Below, in pieces: positions 63,850-64,000 of a DNA stretch of 64,000 nucleotides. The stretch is taken from contig NC_087260.1 of assembly GCF_037042905.1 (NCBI RefSeq), positions 16,182,001 through 16,246,000 on the forward strand, given 5' to 3'. This DNA is from Lytechinus pictus. Lineage: Eukaryota. The translations under genes and the position numbers were made by a program. Every line of letters begins with the position of its first letter. The first letter of the stretch is position 1. Under the pieces are notes generated by a model. The model saw nothing but the letters and a program-made list of their open reading frames with translations. It was not told the DNA's origin and made no database searches.

Positions 63850-63999
63850 TTAGTTGTTTATTAAAAAAAAAGCAACAACAAACAGGCATGAAATCGTCAC
63901 GTGCATGGTACGTCCCCGCCACGCCTTGACGACGTTCGTGCTGCGTTGGTATGTGCTTCCACTAAGTCCATTGTGCCCGCAGAAGCGATCCATGCGGCA
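63850..63999 (-). CDS. C-terminal end of a gene entering from beyond the window, possibly an LRR paralog
   Basis: GC-rich open frame CRMDRFCGHNGLSGSTYQRSTNVVKAWRGRTMHVTISCLFVVAFFLINN*, with a Cys pair and hydrophobic tail like the end of the 52895 ORF. Confidence 0.45.
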   Translation of the reverse strand, partial: CRMDRFCGHNGLSGSTYQRSTNVVKAWRGRTMHVTISCLFVVAFFLINN

Positions 64000-64000
64000 C

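Overview
AT-rich, intron- and repeat-rich animal genomic DNA. The SINE, MITE and poly-G repeat content suggests a sea urchin or other echinoderm (inference). Three protein-coding loci are supported. (1) The 5' half of a minus-strand PP2A B'' regulatory subunit gene (PPP2R3A/B type), with shared exons 12932-12738, 7591-7488 and 569-467. It has two phase-compatible alternative N-terminal exons: a PR70/PPP2R3B-like one (31063-30707) and a PR130/PPP2R3A-like one (19760-19110). (2) A plus-strand five-exon gene of about 328 aa (39417-47081), seen only as fragments in the ORF track. It encodes a coiled coil with a motif recalling the anillin Rho-binding helix. (3) A minus-strand, single-coding-exon, 1101-aa LRR protein (56200-52895) with no TM-TIR and a probable GPI tail. 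A similar C-terminus at the right window edge suggests a tandem paralog. The rest is mostly non-autonomous DNA transposons (Kolobok-, Harbinger-, hAT-, Academ-, CMC- and Tc1-like MITEs, a Helitron end), tRNA-head SINEs, LINE fragments (L2, Crack/CR1, I/Nimb), Penelope-like remnants, a candidate solo LTR, microsatellites and assembly gaps. No rRNA, true tRNA or CRISPR array was found. Protein homologies come from recalled sequences, not database searches.
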